DNA from: a virus
Lineage: Duplodnaviria > Caudoviricetes
IMG/VR virus record: IMGVR_UViG_3300008255_000022
Span: 1 to 45,724 of that record
Strand: one strand, 5' to 3'
DNA: 45,724 bases
In this document: one piece after another, positions 1 through 9,878 of the stretch
Position numbering within the stretch: the first letter of the stretch is position 1
Layout of the letters: each line of letters begins with the position of its first letter
Made by a program: the position numbers and the translations under genes
The notes under the pieces: model-generated
Told to the model about the DNA's origin: nothing
What the model saw: only the letters and a program-made list of their open reading frames with translations
Databases searched by the model: none

Positions 1-123
1 ACGACCATTAATAGATACAAGACCCTTCTTACCACTGGCTTGCGCTTCTTCTACGCTCTTAAAAGAAGGAGGAGGATTAGGACCGTTGGGCAATTCCTGC
101 ACACTCAGTCCAAGCATATCAGC
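1..123. repeat. Terminal direct repeat, copy 1 (circular assembly overlap)
   Basis: Bases 1-123 are identical to 45602-45724, and a reading frame runs through the junction. Confidence 0.95.
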
Positions 124-1170
124 CGCACCACTTTTGAGCCTATCCTGTTGACGACGATACTTCCGAAGGTCTGCTTGCGTAGCTGTAATCTGGCGATTTA
201 TAGCATCTCGCTTTTCGTCATTCTCTGCAAGATTTAATTGAGACTGCAACTTACTAACAATCTCCTGTGTCTGTAAGATAGTATCATCGTAGCTATTAGC
301 AAGCTTGATAGCTTCACCAGCACGTTTAATACCCTCATCGCTTGTAGGAGCATTTGCGTTGGTCGTACGAGCTTTCTCACCCTCAGTTTGAGCAACACGT
401 AAAGCATTGAGTACAGGTGCAGTTTGCTGTTCAAGAGCCAATGCTCCCTCAGCTACTGCAACACGACGAGCCTCGAGCTGTGTTTCATTATCAGCGCGAG
501 CATTATCAGCTTCACGATCTTGAATCTGAGATTCAGTATTCGCAATATCAGCTTCTGTCGCACGCTTTGTGAGCTGGTCACTTTGATCCTGACGAAGGCG
601 ATTACGCTCAGCTTCACGACCAGCATTGAATTCCTCTAGCACACTCTTACGACCTTCACCACTCAGACCACTGACAAGAATATCGCCAGGATTTTTACCG
701 CCTTCAAGCTGTGTACGGAAATCTTGCTGTGCTCGTTGTTCTGCGTTAGCGATAGCAAAATCACCAATACCTCGACCAGCATTAGTACCATTACCAATGG
801 CTATACCAAGATTAGCAAGCAGCTTAACAGAAGCTGGATCAGACAAAAAGTCACCCAGCTTGGACAACAAACTACCCTGTTGCTTAATCTCACTCGGCGC
901 AAGAACTCCTGGAGGAGTCAAGTTATCATCTTCCGGAGGAACAGGTAGCATATTTGGTGGAGGAGAAGTACGCATAGCTTCTGCACTCATTGGAGCAGTT
1001 TTGCCATTATTACCCTCCCCAGTAACAAGTACCTCACCAAGACGACCCTCAAATGCTACATCAGTTGTAGCATTATTTGAAATGAGTTTAACACCAGCTC
1101 TCGCAAGCTCTGGCGTAAAGTCAATAGGGCCAATAGGCTCCCGTGTATTGAATGTATCTCCTACAGCCAT
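1..1170 (-). CDS. Putative ejection/internal virion protein, about 395 aa; 5' part (continues across the junction to 45601..45584)
   Basis: Absent from the ORF track. Hand translation from ATG 1170 (MAVGDTFNTREP...SGKKGLVSINGR) stays open to base 1. Ala/Gln/Glu-rich helical protein between two other ejection-type genes. Confidence 0.75.
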   Translation of the reverse strand, partial: MAVGDTFNTREPIGPIDFTPELARAGVKLISNNATTDVAFEGRLGEVLVTGEGNNGKTAPMSAEAMRTSPPPNMLPVPPEDDNLTPPGVLAPSEIKQQGSLLSKLGDFLSDPASVKLLANLGIAIGNGTNAGRGIGDFAIANAEQRAQQDFRTQLEGGKNPGDILVSGLSGEGRKSVLEEFNAGREAERNRLRQDQSDQLTKRATEADIANTESQIQDREADNARADNETQLEARRVAVAEGALALEQQTAPVLNALRVAQTEGEKARTTNANAPTSDEGIKRAGEAIKLANSYDDTILQTQEIVSKLQSQLNLAENDEKRDAINRQITATQADLRKYRRQQDRLKSGAADMLGLSVQELPNGPNPPPSFKSVEEAQASGKKGLVSINGR

Positions 1171-1179
1171 GATCGTAAT

Positions 1180-1206
1180 AGCATTGGTTAATAATTAACC
1201 TATTCT
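1180..1206. repeat. 27-bp dyad element copy 1 (AGCATT-GGTTAATAATTAACC-TATTCT)
   Basis: Read directly; fills the gap between the stop at 1206 and the ATG at 1170. Confidence 0.95.
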
Positions 1207-2771
1207 TACTTACCGCCAGCAAAACCGCCTGACAACAAACCAGCTCCAGTCTGAATACCGATAGACGCAATCTCTCGTCCAATACTCGGCGTACCTTCCA
1301 GTGAGCCAGCCATACCAGCAGGTGCAGCCAGAATATCAGCAGCTCTACGCGCAGATGTAAAATCCCACAATGCGGTTCCGAGAGCAAGTTCATTCTCTTT
1401 TTCCTCATGCACATTAATAGCAGCTGCTCGACGTTGCTTGTACTCAAGCTGAATGGCAGTAGCTACACGCTCATACTCTAAGCGAGTCTGCAGCATACCA
1501 GCTATGTTACGCAAACCAGTAAGGTAACGTTGTTCTTTCGCTTCCTTGTTTATAGAATCTGCACGTAAGCCAAGCTCAGTACGGCTAATGTCACGTGCTC
1601 TATCGTCACCAACATTATCCTGCCGCATGAAACCAATATGCTTAAGAGCATAATCAATAACAGCAGTATTGTTGCCAACCTCAGACTGGAACATATTCCC
1701 ATAGAGGTTCATTAAGTCCGCCGGTTTGAGCTCTCCTCTATCCTGCAACGTTCCCATGAGATCAAGGGACGCATTAAGAATAGCCGTATGGTGTCGGCTG
1801 TTAGCAACTTCTGCTTCAACACCAGCACCAAGATCAGCGGCATGAGCTTGAATATAGAAACCAAGACCTTGCTGGAACATTTGCACATTAAGCTGTGCAT
1901 CAAATTCAGCAACTTCTCGCATCTGCTCGGAACGAAGAAGAGCGACACCAAACATAAAAGCGCTGCTGTTCACAGCATTAATATCGCTCATTGTACCAGC
2001 GTACTGTCCTACCTGCTGCTGATATGTAGTCTCTCTCCGAGCAGCGTACTGCGTTACAATCTCAGCTGTAATCTCCTTCGAGATAAATCTTTCAATTACT
2101 CGAATAGCAGCTTTAAGATTATCCTCCGCACTTGTAGCAGCATTCTGTAAAAGTGGAAGAATGTTAATCTCACGAGGGATAGAACAATCCTGTAAAACCG
2201 TAGTGGCCTTACTAATGATATTCCCCCAAGCTGTTGTAGCAGCAGTAAAACTTGCCTGTGCCTGCGCAGCAGAACTCGCACTCGTTACAAGACTTTCAAT
2301 CGAAGTCTCATTAGATGCTGTACTGTTCACTGCCTTGATTAGAGCAGGCAGTTGAGCAATAAGCGTTGAAGCATGGGAAGCAAAAAGTGTTGCCGGATCT
2401 TCCAGGGTTGTTGTTGGCGTACTCGCACTCAACGTACCCATTGCTGCACTCGCCCCGCTTACGGCGAGAAGAGCTTGCGTTACATAGGAAGCGATATTGT
2501 CAATATCATATCCAGTGACATTGCTGTAGAACAAATCAAACTGACTTCCAACAGAGTTAAAAGCAGTGCTCGGATCTGTTAGGGTAAAGTTAGTCCAGGG
2601 GTTTGTGTTGAATGCTGTGTTCAAAAGATTCACAACAGACTTATCAAACCGATCAAAGGTTTCGGTAAAGTCTCCTTCATTGTTCGTCACGGAACCTGCA
2701 ATGAGGTCACCGTGTACATCCATGATGTAATCAGGAAACTCTACAGCACCAGATACTCCACCACCACCCAT
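1206..2771 (-). CDS. Putative ejection/internal virion protein
   Basis: 521 aa, MGGGG N-terminus, Ala/Gln-rich helices, Gly-rich hydrophobic C-terminus; follows the nozzle genes as in podoviruses. Confidence 0.6.
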   Translation of the reverse strand: MGGGGVSGAVEFPDYIMDVHGDLIAGSVTNNEGDFTETFDRFDKSVVNLLNTAFNTNPWTNFTLTDPSTAFNSVGSQFDLFYSNVTGYDIDNIASYVTQALLAVSGASAAMGTLSASTPTTTLEDPATLFASHASTLIAQLPALIKAVNSTASNETSIESLVTSASSAAQAQASFTAATTAWGNIISKATTVLQDCSIPREINILPLLQNAATSAEDNLKAAIRVIERFISKEITAEIVTQYAARRETTYQQQVGQYAGTMSDINAVNSSAFMFGVALLRSEQMREVAEFDAQLNVQMFQQGLGFYIQAHAADLGAGVEAEVANSRHHTAILNASLDLMGTLQDRGELKPADLMNLYGNMFQSEVGNNTAVIDYALKHIGFMRQDNVGDDRARDISRTELGLRADSINKEAKEQRYLTGLRNIAGMLQTRLEYERVATAIQLEYKQRRAAAINVHEEKENELALGTALWDFTSARRAADILAAPAGMAGSLEGTPSIGREIASIGIQTGAGLLSGGFAGGK

Positions 2772-2772
2772 A

Positions 2773-3201
2773 TTACAACCTCACAAGGTTAGTAATTTTT
2801 TCCGCACCTGTTCTACGGAGAAGTTTTAGGAAAACGTCATCAGCTACGTAAGCAATAAGATCGGTACAACCAGTCTCAATAGCAAACTTCCGTAACTGAG
2901 CTATGCCCTCAATATAGTCCATTTCGTCCAGTTTGTCAACAGCGTATAAGCTATAAATGACAAGAGCACGAGTACCTGACAGTTGATCTTTGAAGAATGT
3001 AGTAACAATCATAGCCTTTGGTTTGTTTGGCTCATCACCATATAACAACCACATTTGGCCCTTCTCTAGTAACAATCCTTTCAGGACGTTTGCCATAGTA
3101 ACCGCACTAATCCTCATAACAGGAGGAAGTGTTTCAGCTATAAGTGGACGAACAATCTCCCACTTTTCCCTGATCTGCTCAGGTATAATTCTTATCAGCA
3201 T
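2773..3201 (-). CDS. Small virion assembly protein, possible GNAT-like fold (T7 gp13/P22 gp14-like position)
   Basis: 142 aa, alpha/beta pattern, located between nozzle and ejection genes. Confidence 0.45.
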   Translation of the reverse strand: MLIRIIPEQIREKWEIVRPLIAETLPPVMRISAVTMANVLKGLLLEKGQMWLLYGDEPNKPKAMIVTTFFKDQLSGTRALVIYSLYAVDKLDEMDYIEGIAQLRKFAIETGCTDLIAYVADDVFLKLLRRTGAEKITNLVRL

Positions 3202-4712
3202 TAATATTGACCTCTAACAGCCCGTTTGTCTACAAGGTTCCAGCGCAATTCAACGCTGGTAATGCGTGGATTGTTTCCAGGTGTACCAGTAATACGTAGC
3301 TTAAACTCTCTCGCAGTAAGCATCGTTGTCAGCACTCCTTCTGGCCCAACGAGTTTTGCTCCGACAGTCTTGAAAGAAGAAGTATGATCGTTACGATACA
3401 ATACCTCCACTTTCAACGCTGTTATATCACTATAGTCTATCTGCACATCGTGGAGCGTTTTAAGTGCTTGTCTACGAAGATCCAGCGCACCTGTCATAAC
3501 ACGTACATTCGTGCTTGCTCCAGTAACACCTACGCCATAAGGTACTCCATCCTTATGAATCAGTGTTGAAACCTGTTGATTATGCTCAGCCAACCTACCA
3601 TCTTTAAGAACGTAACCTTGTCCAGGTTCGCTAATGAGAAACTGCCTGTCAACAGGACTATAAACAATGGCCGTGGAGGTTGCAGAAAAGGAGGATAACC
3701 ATTCCCTGTGTCCGAGTCTCTCCAGCCCCAGATCACTACCCATTCTCCAAAGATGTCCCTCAGCGTCGAGGAAAAGGTGGGAATCACCGTCACTATCTAC
3801 TGCTCCACGACCAAGAATACCAAAGTTTGCAATTCGTCTAAACCCAACATTAGTTCCCTGTGGTATCAGAGCTTCAATACCCTCATCTCCGTAGACAATA
3901 ATTGCATCACCAAGAGGCTTCATAACCACAACATTCCCTGCGTGTCGCAAGGGTGCCCAACCAAAAGTATTCTGCTTCATCTTTTGCAGAACAGCTTCCT
4001 TACTCAGGCCAAGTGGTAGATCGCTAAACCCCTTCGGAAACATGAGCCAAAAAGGAAAATCTCCACCACCAATGCTAGACCACATAACCCAATTAGGTCC
4101 AGGACCATCATCATCAAAGGTTATTTCGTCTACGCCAGCTTCAGCTTTAAACTCTGTGAAAACATCTCCCCAAGCTGTATCCCAAATGTTGGCTTTATCA
4201 AAACCACCAAGAAAGACTCGTCCCCTGTATTCACAACCTGTCTTAATAGTAACACTACTATTTACAAACGTGGTTGTAGCAGCCCCAGTGAACAAATGAA
4301 ATCCTGGCCGGAACACCGTACAGGCTCCATTGAACGCATAAAAACTCGGACCAAGATCTATAAAGTGCCAAGCACCGCTACTGGTTATAGCTTTTGTACT
4401 TGTCGGTGCAGCTGGATCATACGTGGTTATTCCTGAAACCGTCCAAGGATCAGTGCTTACAGTAACAGCGCTAAGCGTTGTAGCCTGAAACATAAGCGTC
4501 AAATCCCTTCCACGAAATACTTGTGGAAAGGGCAAATTGACTGTTACGCCACCATCAAAGGGATCTTCGGTTAGCTCATACTCCTCAAGCCCAAACCGAT
4601 TAGGAACCATATTAAAACACTCTTCCAAAAAACCCTCGCGTGTTCTGAATGTTTCATCAGGACGAAGGCCATTTTGAAAAGGTTCTTCTATGGTTATACT
4701 AAACTCACGCAT
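3201..4712 (-). CDS. Tail nozzle / head stabilization protein (P22 gp10- or T7 gp12-like)
   Basis: 503 aa, beta-rich propeller-like repeats (WVMWSSIGG, IIVYGDEGI, LFLDAEG); directly follows the adaptor. Confidence 0.65.
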   Translation of the reverse strand: MREFSITIEEPFQNGLRPDETFRTREGFLEECFNMVPNRFGLEEYELTEDPFDGGVTVNLPFPQVFRGRDLTLMFQATTLSAVTVSTDPWTVSGITTYDPAAPTSTKAITSSGAWHFIDLGPSFYAFNGACTVFRPGFHLFTGAATTTFVNSSVTIKTGCEYRGRVFLGGFDKANIWDTAWGDVFTEFKAEAGVDEITFDDDGPGPNWVMWSSIGGGDFPFWLMFPKGFSDLPLGLSKEAVLQKMKQNTFGWAPLRHAGNVVVMKPLGDAIIVYGDEGIEALIPQGTNVGFRRIANFGILGRGAVDSDGDSHLFLDAEGHLWRMGSDLGLERLGHREWLSSFSATSTAIVYSPVDRQFLISEPGQGYVLKDGRLAEHNQQVSTLIHKDGVPYGVGVTGASTNVRVMTGALDLRRQALKTLHDVQIDYSDITALKVEVLYRNDHTSSFKTVGAKLVGPEGVLTTMLTAREFKLRITGTPGNNPRITSVELRWNLVDKRAVRGQY

Positions 4713-5455
4713 TAGTATACGCTCCTACGAACAGCTCGCACATCATCAATAAAACGATGACTATCAGCAAGTCGATCAGAGTCAACCTGCATCTGTTCTA
4801 CCACATCATTGTACAGTTCTTCAACAGCACGCTCAACCATTTGTCGAGCAGCGGCAGCACCTTCAGCGTTACGATAACTACCCTCAAGTACATATTGAGC
4901 CGCCATAACGAGAACATCTGGATGCTCCTCTGTCCAGAAGCTTTCATCCGTATCATTAACAAGGGCATTACTCTTAACCCTCGCATTGATAACAAGCGTG
5001 TAAGATTTATCTGCGGGAGGCATAGTGACCAACTTAACCGAGCCGAAAGCGGTCGTTGTGTTGTCTGTGACAGCATCACGAATCCATCCAAGAGCCCATG
5101 AGCGAGGTTCACCACTTGTCACATTAGAGAGGTTACTATTCTCATCACCATAGACCTCCCGCAGATTTTCAATATTTGTCTTGTCAAGATACTGAATAGT
5201 ATCATCACCAGTATCACGTACAGCTACTGACAAAACAGTAAGAACGTTAGCGAGTGTAGTTTCTATCGCACTTGTAGCAAGTGAAACCGAAACCTCTGCC
5301 TGATCCTTACCAAACGGAAGCATACGATCAAGCATACGCTGTCCTGCCTTAATGTAAAAGTCAGCACCGTTATCAGTAAACGTCGTAGCACTAGTCACCA
5401 GATCATAACGACCTGTTGTTCGCGCAAACTGTTCTCTTACATCAAGTAAGCTCAT
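4712..5455 (-). CDS. Head-tail adaptor (tail tubular protein A-like)
   Basis: 247 aa with MSLLDVREQF start, G-EP-xW and P-P-DKSYTL motifs and helical C-terminus typical of podophage adaptors. Confidence 0.65.
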   Translation of the reverse strand: MSLLDVREQFARTTGRYDLVTSATTFTDNGADFYIKAGQRMLDRMLPFGKDQAEVSVSLATSAIETTLANVLTVLSVAVRDTGDDTIQYLDKTNIENLREVYGDENSNLSNVTSGEPRSWALGWIRDAVTDNTTTAFGSVKLVTMPPADKSYTLVINARVKSNALVNDTDESFWTEEHPDVLVMAAQYVLEGSYRNAEGAAAARQMVERAVEELYNDVVEQMQVDSDRLADSHRFIDDVRAVRRSVY

Positions 5456-5468
5456 TGTATACCTGTCC

Positions 5469-5495
5469 AGAATTGGTTAATAATTAACCTATCCT
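5469..5495. repeat. 27-bp dyad element copy 2 (AGAATT-GGTTAATAATTAACC-TATCCT)
   Basis: Read directly; intergenic. Confidence 0.95.
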
Positions 5496-5497
5496 CG

Positions 5498-5662
5498 TTA
5501 CTTCTTCGGGCCACCCTTCATGGTGCCCTTCGGAGGGTTGTACATTTTGGAGATCTTTGCTCCACTTCCCTGCTTCGTCCCACCGGAGTTAGGAGTGTTC
5601 TTGGGATCATAGTTGCGTACTGACGTATTGCCAGACTTCGGGGTGTTTGCTGTCTTACTCAT
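5498..5662 (-). CDS. Small basic disordered protein, 54 aa (MSKTANTPKSGN...KGGPKK)
   Basis: Below the ORF-track size cutoff; fills the gap, with leader ACAGAACA-ATG identical to that of the capsid gene. Confidence 0.7.
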   Translation of the reverse strand: MSKTANTPKSGNTSVRNYDPKNTPNSGGTKQGSGAKISKMYNPPKGTMKGGPKK

Positions 5663-5679
5663 TGTTCTGTTTTTCTAGG

Positions 5680-6567
5680 TTAAACTACGGGAGTCCAGCA
5701 TAAGGCCATTTCACGAAGAGGTGCCTGACCAGCAACATAAAGTGTGCTAACTGCGCCTGCAGTAGTAGCTACTTTTACCTCATCATCATTATCATCAGCA
5801 AAATAAATTAAGCCATTGTCTACATCAAGAGCAACACCATAGGGACCTATAAAACCAAATGGTCCACCAGCTCCATCCGCAATAACTACCTCATCACTAG
5901 TACCATCAATGTTAATTTTTCTAATTCCGTTAGCGGCAGTACTATAATAAACCTTACCAGATTGGGCATCACCGTAAACATTACCAAAAGCATCAACACC
6001 AGTAGTAATTAATGTAGTAGCTCCGGCAAGTGTCATACGTAAAAGACGATTAGCTGTTCCTTTAAGTACAAGCAAATCACCATTTACTCCCATTTGACCT
6101 ATACCAAAACAAGGCTCAGATATAGTGGCAATAGTCGATACTGTAGCACCGGCAAGCGTAATAGCGTAAATAGTGCCAGCTGCGGCAGAGGAACCAACAT
6201 ATATTACACCAGTTACTTCATCAACAACAGCAGTATAAGGATCAGCAATACCTGCTGTAACCCAATTAGTCTGTCCTGAACCATCTACAGCAATACGTAC
6301 AATCTTATCTCCATCACGGTCACACACATAGACTAGATCATTTACTGAATCTACTGCTACACCTCGTAACCCAGATCCCATAGTTGTGCCATGCGTAGCA
6401 TTAGTACCGTTAGCTATACTTATTCTATATAATCTATTAAACGTAGACTCAGTATAGAATACATATCTAACATTACTATCAGCCTTACGAGAAAAGGCAT
6501 CTGAACCACCACCACTTGCTGTTGAAGCAAGGATAGGATTACCCCATATGTGAGGACCTATATTCAT
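5680..6567 (-). CDS. Beta-propeller virion protein (NHL/YWTD-like repeats)
   Basis: Repeated G-v-A-vD...g.vY blades (RGVAVDSVNDLVY, YGVALDVDNGLIY). Confidence 0.65.
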   Translation of the reverse strand: MNIGPHIWGNPILASTASGGGSDAFSRKADSNVRYVFYTESTFNRLYRISIANGTNATHGTTMGSGLRGVAVDSVNDLVYVCDRDGDKIVRIAVDGSGQTNWVTAGIADPYTAVVDEVTGVIYVGSSAAAGTIYAITLAGATVSTIATISEPCFGIGQMGVNGDLLVLKGTANRLLRMTLAGATTLITTGVDAFGNVYGDAQSGKVYYSTAANGIRKINIDGTSDEVVIADGAGGPFGFIGPYGVALDVDNGLIYFADDNDDEVKVATTAGAVSTLYVAGQAPLREMALCWTPVV

Positions 6568-6830
6568 TACTTAATAAAGGTAATGATAGAAGCACTTACT
6601 GCATTAACCCCAATCTGAGCAATACGCTCAGGATTAACACCAGCTTGAATTGGAAGGGATACTGCGGCTGTATCGAGTTTGAAAACTACATTAGCAACAA
6701 CGGCAGCAGCACATTTGAAATAACGATGATCAGGAACATCGAGTGTAACTGCACTGGTCGTAAGGTCAAGGTTAAACCCTGCCTCACCAGGAGCACTCAT
6801 TCCTGCATCACCGCGCTTGAATCCAGACAT
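6567..6830 (-). CDS. Hypothetical virion protein
   Basis: 87 aa, downstream of the capsid gene, TAATG-coupled to the next gene. Confidence 0.6.
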   Translation of the reverse strand: MSGFKRGDAGMSAPGEAGFNLDLTTSAVTLDVPDHRYFKCAAAVVANVVFKLDTAAVSLPIQAGVNPERIAQIGVNAVSASIITFIK

Positions 6831-6850
6831 GACAATCTCTATTTAGACCA

Positions 6851-6882
6851 AAGGCCAGGGGACTTTTATTGTCCCCCAGCCG
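6851..6882 (-). terminator. Hairpin after major capsid gene (probable partial intrinsic terminator)
   Basis: GGCTGGGGGAC...GTCCCCTGGCC stem followed by a short T run. Confidence 0.55.
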
Positions 6883-6900
6883 TTTTGATCAGGTGACAGC

Positions 6901-8205
6901 TTACGCTGAGGTCGTACCGTCAAGGCCGAGACCGGACAGGTAGCCCATCGTGTCAGGGTGGTGGACTTCCAACCCTGCTTCGGTGATGAACTCTTCCTCC
7001 GTTCCATCCTTGCTGTTATTCGTGTTCCGGTTATCTCGCGGATCGGAGATAAAGCGTGTATCACGATTCCGCACGTAGCGGTAACGCAAGTTAGAAGGCT
7101 CAAGAACGAGCAGGTCACGACGTAGTGCCGGACGATGGCTGAACAACGGATGCGTCTTCAGGTACAACGTACCAAAAGGCGTAATCCACTCAAGAACGCG
7201 CATCCCGTAGGCTACGGTCATTGGATTGATGTTCACGTCGGCAGACGTCTGAGCCAAACGGTTGATAGCCAGCAACCCCTGGTTGCCGATCAAACCGATC
7301 TTCTCATTCGAGCCCTTACGGAAAATGATTTCAAGCTGCTCATTGAGCCACTTTTCACCACCAGCTGCTGCTGTCCAGCCAACACTACCATAACCAACAG
7401 AGGTCTGATAGTTGTCAACATTGTCAGCAGCATGGTCCAGGATGAACTTACGTAGTCCGTAGGTTTCACGCTGAGGCTTGCCGTTTGATCCAGTACCACT
7501 AAAGCGAGCACCGAAGAGGAACGCACGCTCCATCTCCATTGCATGAATCTCAAGAGCCTCACGCTTTGCTTCTTGATACGCTTCATCCGTACGCAGACGA
7601 GTCTGCCGCGCCGTGTCCGTAATGGCCAGCGACGTACGGAAAATCTGCGTATAGTTGTAGTACTCAACCGGATCGTAAGACAATGCCGAGGGCATTGGGG
7701 CTCCTTCAGGGTTAGAGTTACCAGCAACGTCAATCGTGTCCGTAGACGTGATCGGATACGTTGTGCTGGAAGCTTCACGCAGTTTAACGGCCAGATAGGA
7801 ACTAGCACCATTCTTCACAACATCAGTCACAAGACCGATATAGGAATAATTGTGATCAGATCCTTTCTGAGCCATAGCAGTGTGTCCCTCATGGAACTCA
7901 TCAGCCACAGCTTCAGCAACCTTAAAGTACAGCGTAGTTCCTTCAGCAAAACCAGCCGTAGTTGCAGCAGACGAAAGAGCTGCGTCGGTGTAAACACCAG
8001 ACACATCACCACCCTGATCGGGCAGGTTTTTCGTCCACCAGTGAAAGACGGGATCATCTGTCGCCTCTGATCCCAACATGGACAGCATCGCCGTAAGCGG
8101 TGCCGAACCATTTGGGTACAGGCGAAGAATCATCTCGCGCCAGTTTTCAGGGCGTTGATTGGTAACCCAGTTACCATTACCCCGCATACCGAGAAAGGTA
8201 CTCAT
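6901..8205 (-). CDS. Major capsid protein (DUF5309/SU10-like)
   Basis: 434 aa with TPL-like 'SAPLTAML', NYTQIFRT, EIHAMEMERAFLFG and EEFITEAGLEV motifs; follows the scaffold. Confidence 0.85.
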   Translation of the reverse strand: MSTFLGMRGNGNWVTNQRPENWREMILRLYPNGSAPLTAMLSMLGSEATDDPVFHWWTKNLPDQGGDVSGVYTDAALSSAATTAGFAEGTTLYFKVAEAVADEFHEGHTAMAQKGSDHNYSYIGLVTDVVKNGASSYLAVKLREASSTTYPITSTDTIDVAGNSNPEGAPMPSALSYDPVEYYNYTQIFRTSLAITDTARQTRLRTDEAYQEAKREALEIHAMEMERAFLFGARFSGTGSNGKPQRETYGLRKFILDHAADNVDNYQTSVGYGSVGWTAAAGGEKWLNEQLEIIFRKGSNEKIGLIGNQGLLAINRLAQTSADVNINPMTVAYGMRVLEWITPFGTLYLKTHPLFSHRPALRRDLLVLEPSNLRYRYVRNRDTRFISDPRDNRNTNNSKDGTEEEFITEAGLEVHHPDTMGYLSGLGLDGTTSA

Positions 8206-8261
8206 TGTTCTGTTCTCGCAGTTGTTGTCAGGTTGTGAAAGTTATGTGCTTCTTATGCGGA

Positions 8262-8591
8262 TTATCCGCGAGTCAGGAACCACTCTCGTCCGTCAGACTC
8301 GAGTTCGAGCAACACGCCGGTAGTCGAGATCGTAGTCGTCAATGAAGAAGCGTTTCCATCTCCATAGTCAACGGTGATCTGAGCACCAGTAGTTGCAGGA
8401 ACAGTCGTAGCCGAGATAACGAACTTGAGACCTTCTGCTTCACTGACGTTAGGCAGGGTCACGGTAGTAACAGGACCAGATGCTCCGGCGACGAAGATAC
8501 GGCGTTTGTTGAGCGGGACAGTTTTGGTACTCCCCGCTGACACAAACAGCTTCTTATCAGGCGATTGCCGATCCATTACAGGGTCGAACAT
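8262..8591 (-). CDS. Putative capsid decoration protein
   Basis: 109 aa, beta-rich with TVTLP and SDGREW motifs; between scaffold and capsid genes. Confidence 0.5.
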   Translation of the reverse strand: MFDPVMDRQSPDKKLFVSAGSTKTVPLNKRRIFVAGASGPVTTVTLPNVSEAEGLKFVISATTVPATTGAQITVDYGDGNASSLTTTISTTGVLLELESDGREWFLTRG

Positions 8592-8632
8592 AATATGCCT
8601 CTTGCTTGTTGTGTAGGATACGGAAGCCAGAC

Positions 8633-9604
8633 TTACTCGATAGAATCGAGCATACTGTCCAGCTGTGATTGAAGCCCACTCTTGTCTACCGGGTCCTTAC
8701 CACGACGTTTGCCGCGAGGTTTCCTCGGTTGGTTAGACGTTTTCTTCCGGGATTTTTCGTCCACGTTGTCGGCGTCTGCATTCAGCTTTAGGAGAGCCCG
8801 CACCTCCTTACCAGTTTCACTGAATATCTTCTCGACAGACCATGCAGGATGTTCCTGCTGAATGTCGTTCGCAGTATCTCGTACCAAAGAAGCTACACGC
8901 TTATTACCCTGCATGGCTGTAGCCAATTCAGGATAGTTCTGGAAAAACTTGCTACGAGCCTCCGAATAAGCCTGCTGACGACGAGCCGTAGACTCGACGA
9001 GACCAGGAATATCATTGATCGTATCCTCACGTGCGCGAGTATAGATCTTTGCCCCAAACTCCCGAAGGAATTTAACTGGATCATCATTGAACGCTTCGAG
9101 ATCATCCTCTGACATAAAATCAGTAGAATCAATCTCAACACGAGCTGCTGGAGGAGTTTCAACATCCTCCGCATCTTTGCCACCAAGGGCCTTTTCAAGC
9201 ATACGCTCGAGCCGCTCGTTCTGAGCAATCAGTGCTGCGATGGTAGGGTTATCTTCCCCACCTTCATCTTCAGCATCAGCGTCATCATCATCTGAGGAAT
9301 CATCAGAGGCATCACCCTCTTCCTCCTCAAAATCATCATCATCGTACTCATCTTCGTCATCATCAGATGCATCATCATCGGCAGGCCCATCAACCTTACC
9401 ACCATCCTTGCCAGGATTACCACCCTCAAGGAACTTCTCGTGCTTGTTAGCACCATCAGTAGGTTCTTCAACCGAAGAAGAGTCGAGAAGCATATCCCCG
9501 ATCTGATCCATTTGGTTGGATTCAAGCTTTTCGCCTGTCTCCGTGATTGGCGGCATATCGCCCTTTTTTCCCTGTTCAGTAGCCATGATGTTATTCTTCT
9601 TCAA
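8633..9604 (-). CDS. Capsid scaffolding protein (start may be ATG 9586)
   Basis: Very acidic N-terminal half, coiled coil, basic C-terminus; upstream of the capsid gene. Confidence 0.7.
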   Translation of the reverse strand: MKKNNIMATEQGKKGDMPPITETGEKLESNQMDQIGDMLLDSSSVEEPTDGANKHEKFLEGGNPGKDGGKVDGPADDDASDDDEDEYDDDDFEEEEGDASDDSSDDDDADAEDEGGEDNPTIAALIAQNERLERMLEKALGGKDAEDVETPPAARVEIDSTDFMSEDDLEAFNDDPVKFLREFGAKIYTRAREDTINDIPGLVESTARRQQAYSEARSKFFQNYPELATAMQGNKRVASLVRDTANDIQQEHPAWSVEKIFSETGKEVRALLKLNADADNVDEKSRKKTSNQPRKPRGKRRGKDPVDKSGLQSQLDSMLDSIE

Positions 9605-9851
9605 TGAGACTTAAGAGAGTTTCAGGAAGGTTTAGCATTTCAAGTCCGACTTGCAATTTTCCCTGAAGCGTACGGATTTCATCAATGGTAGCAGCGTTAA
9701 CCAATGCTCGATTATCCGCTTCATTCTGACCACTGATGTATTTCTTCATGTCGTGCCAAAGAGGGCTTTGGAGAAACTGCCTAATCTCATTAACGGAGCT
9801 GTTGAGCTTCACGCTATTGGCCTCGGCAAAATCTTCAAATGGTGTTGTCAT
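9591..9851 (-). CDS. Small helical protein between portal and scaffold
   Basis: 86 aa, helical (IRTLQGKLQVG...LNLPE); conserved podophage position. Confidence 0.6.
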   Translation of the reverse strand: MTTPFEDFAEANSVKLNSSVNEIRQFLQSPLWHDMKKYISGQNEADNRALVNAATIDEIRTLQGKLQVGLEMLNLPETLLSLIEEE

Positions 9852-9878
9852 AGCATTGGTTAATTATTAACCCATTCT
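9852..9878. repeat. 27-bp dyad element copy 3 (AGCATT-GGTTAATTATTAACC-CATTCT)
   Basis: Occupies the whole gap between the stop at 9878 and the ATG at 9851. Confidence 0.95.

Noticed and set aside
40-1198. Plus-strand ORFs 40-237, 424-639, 626-1198 and similar antisense ORFs across the genome
   Set aside because: Shadows of longer opposite-strand genes, with no recognisable motifs
9250-9385. TCA/TCN triplet repeats
   Set aside because: Simply encode the Asp/Glu-rich tract of the scaffold protein
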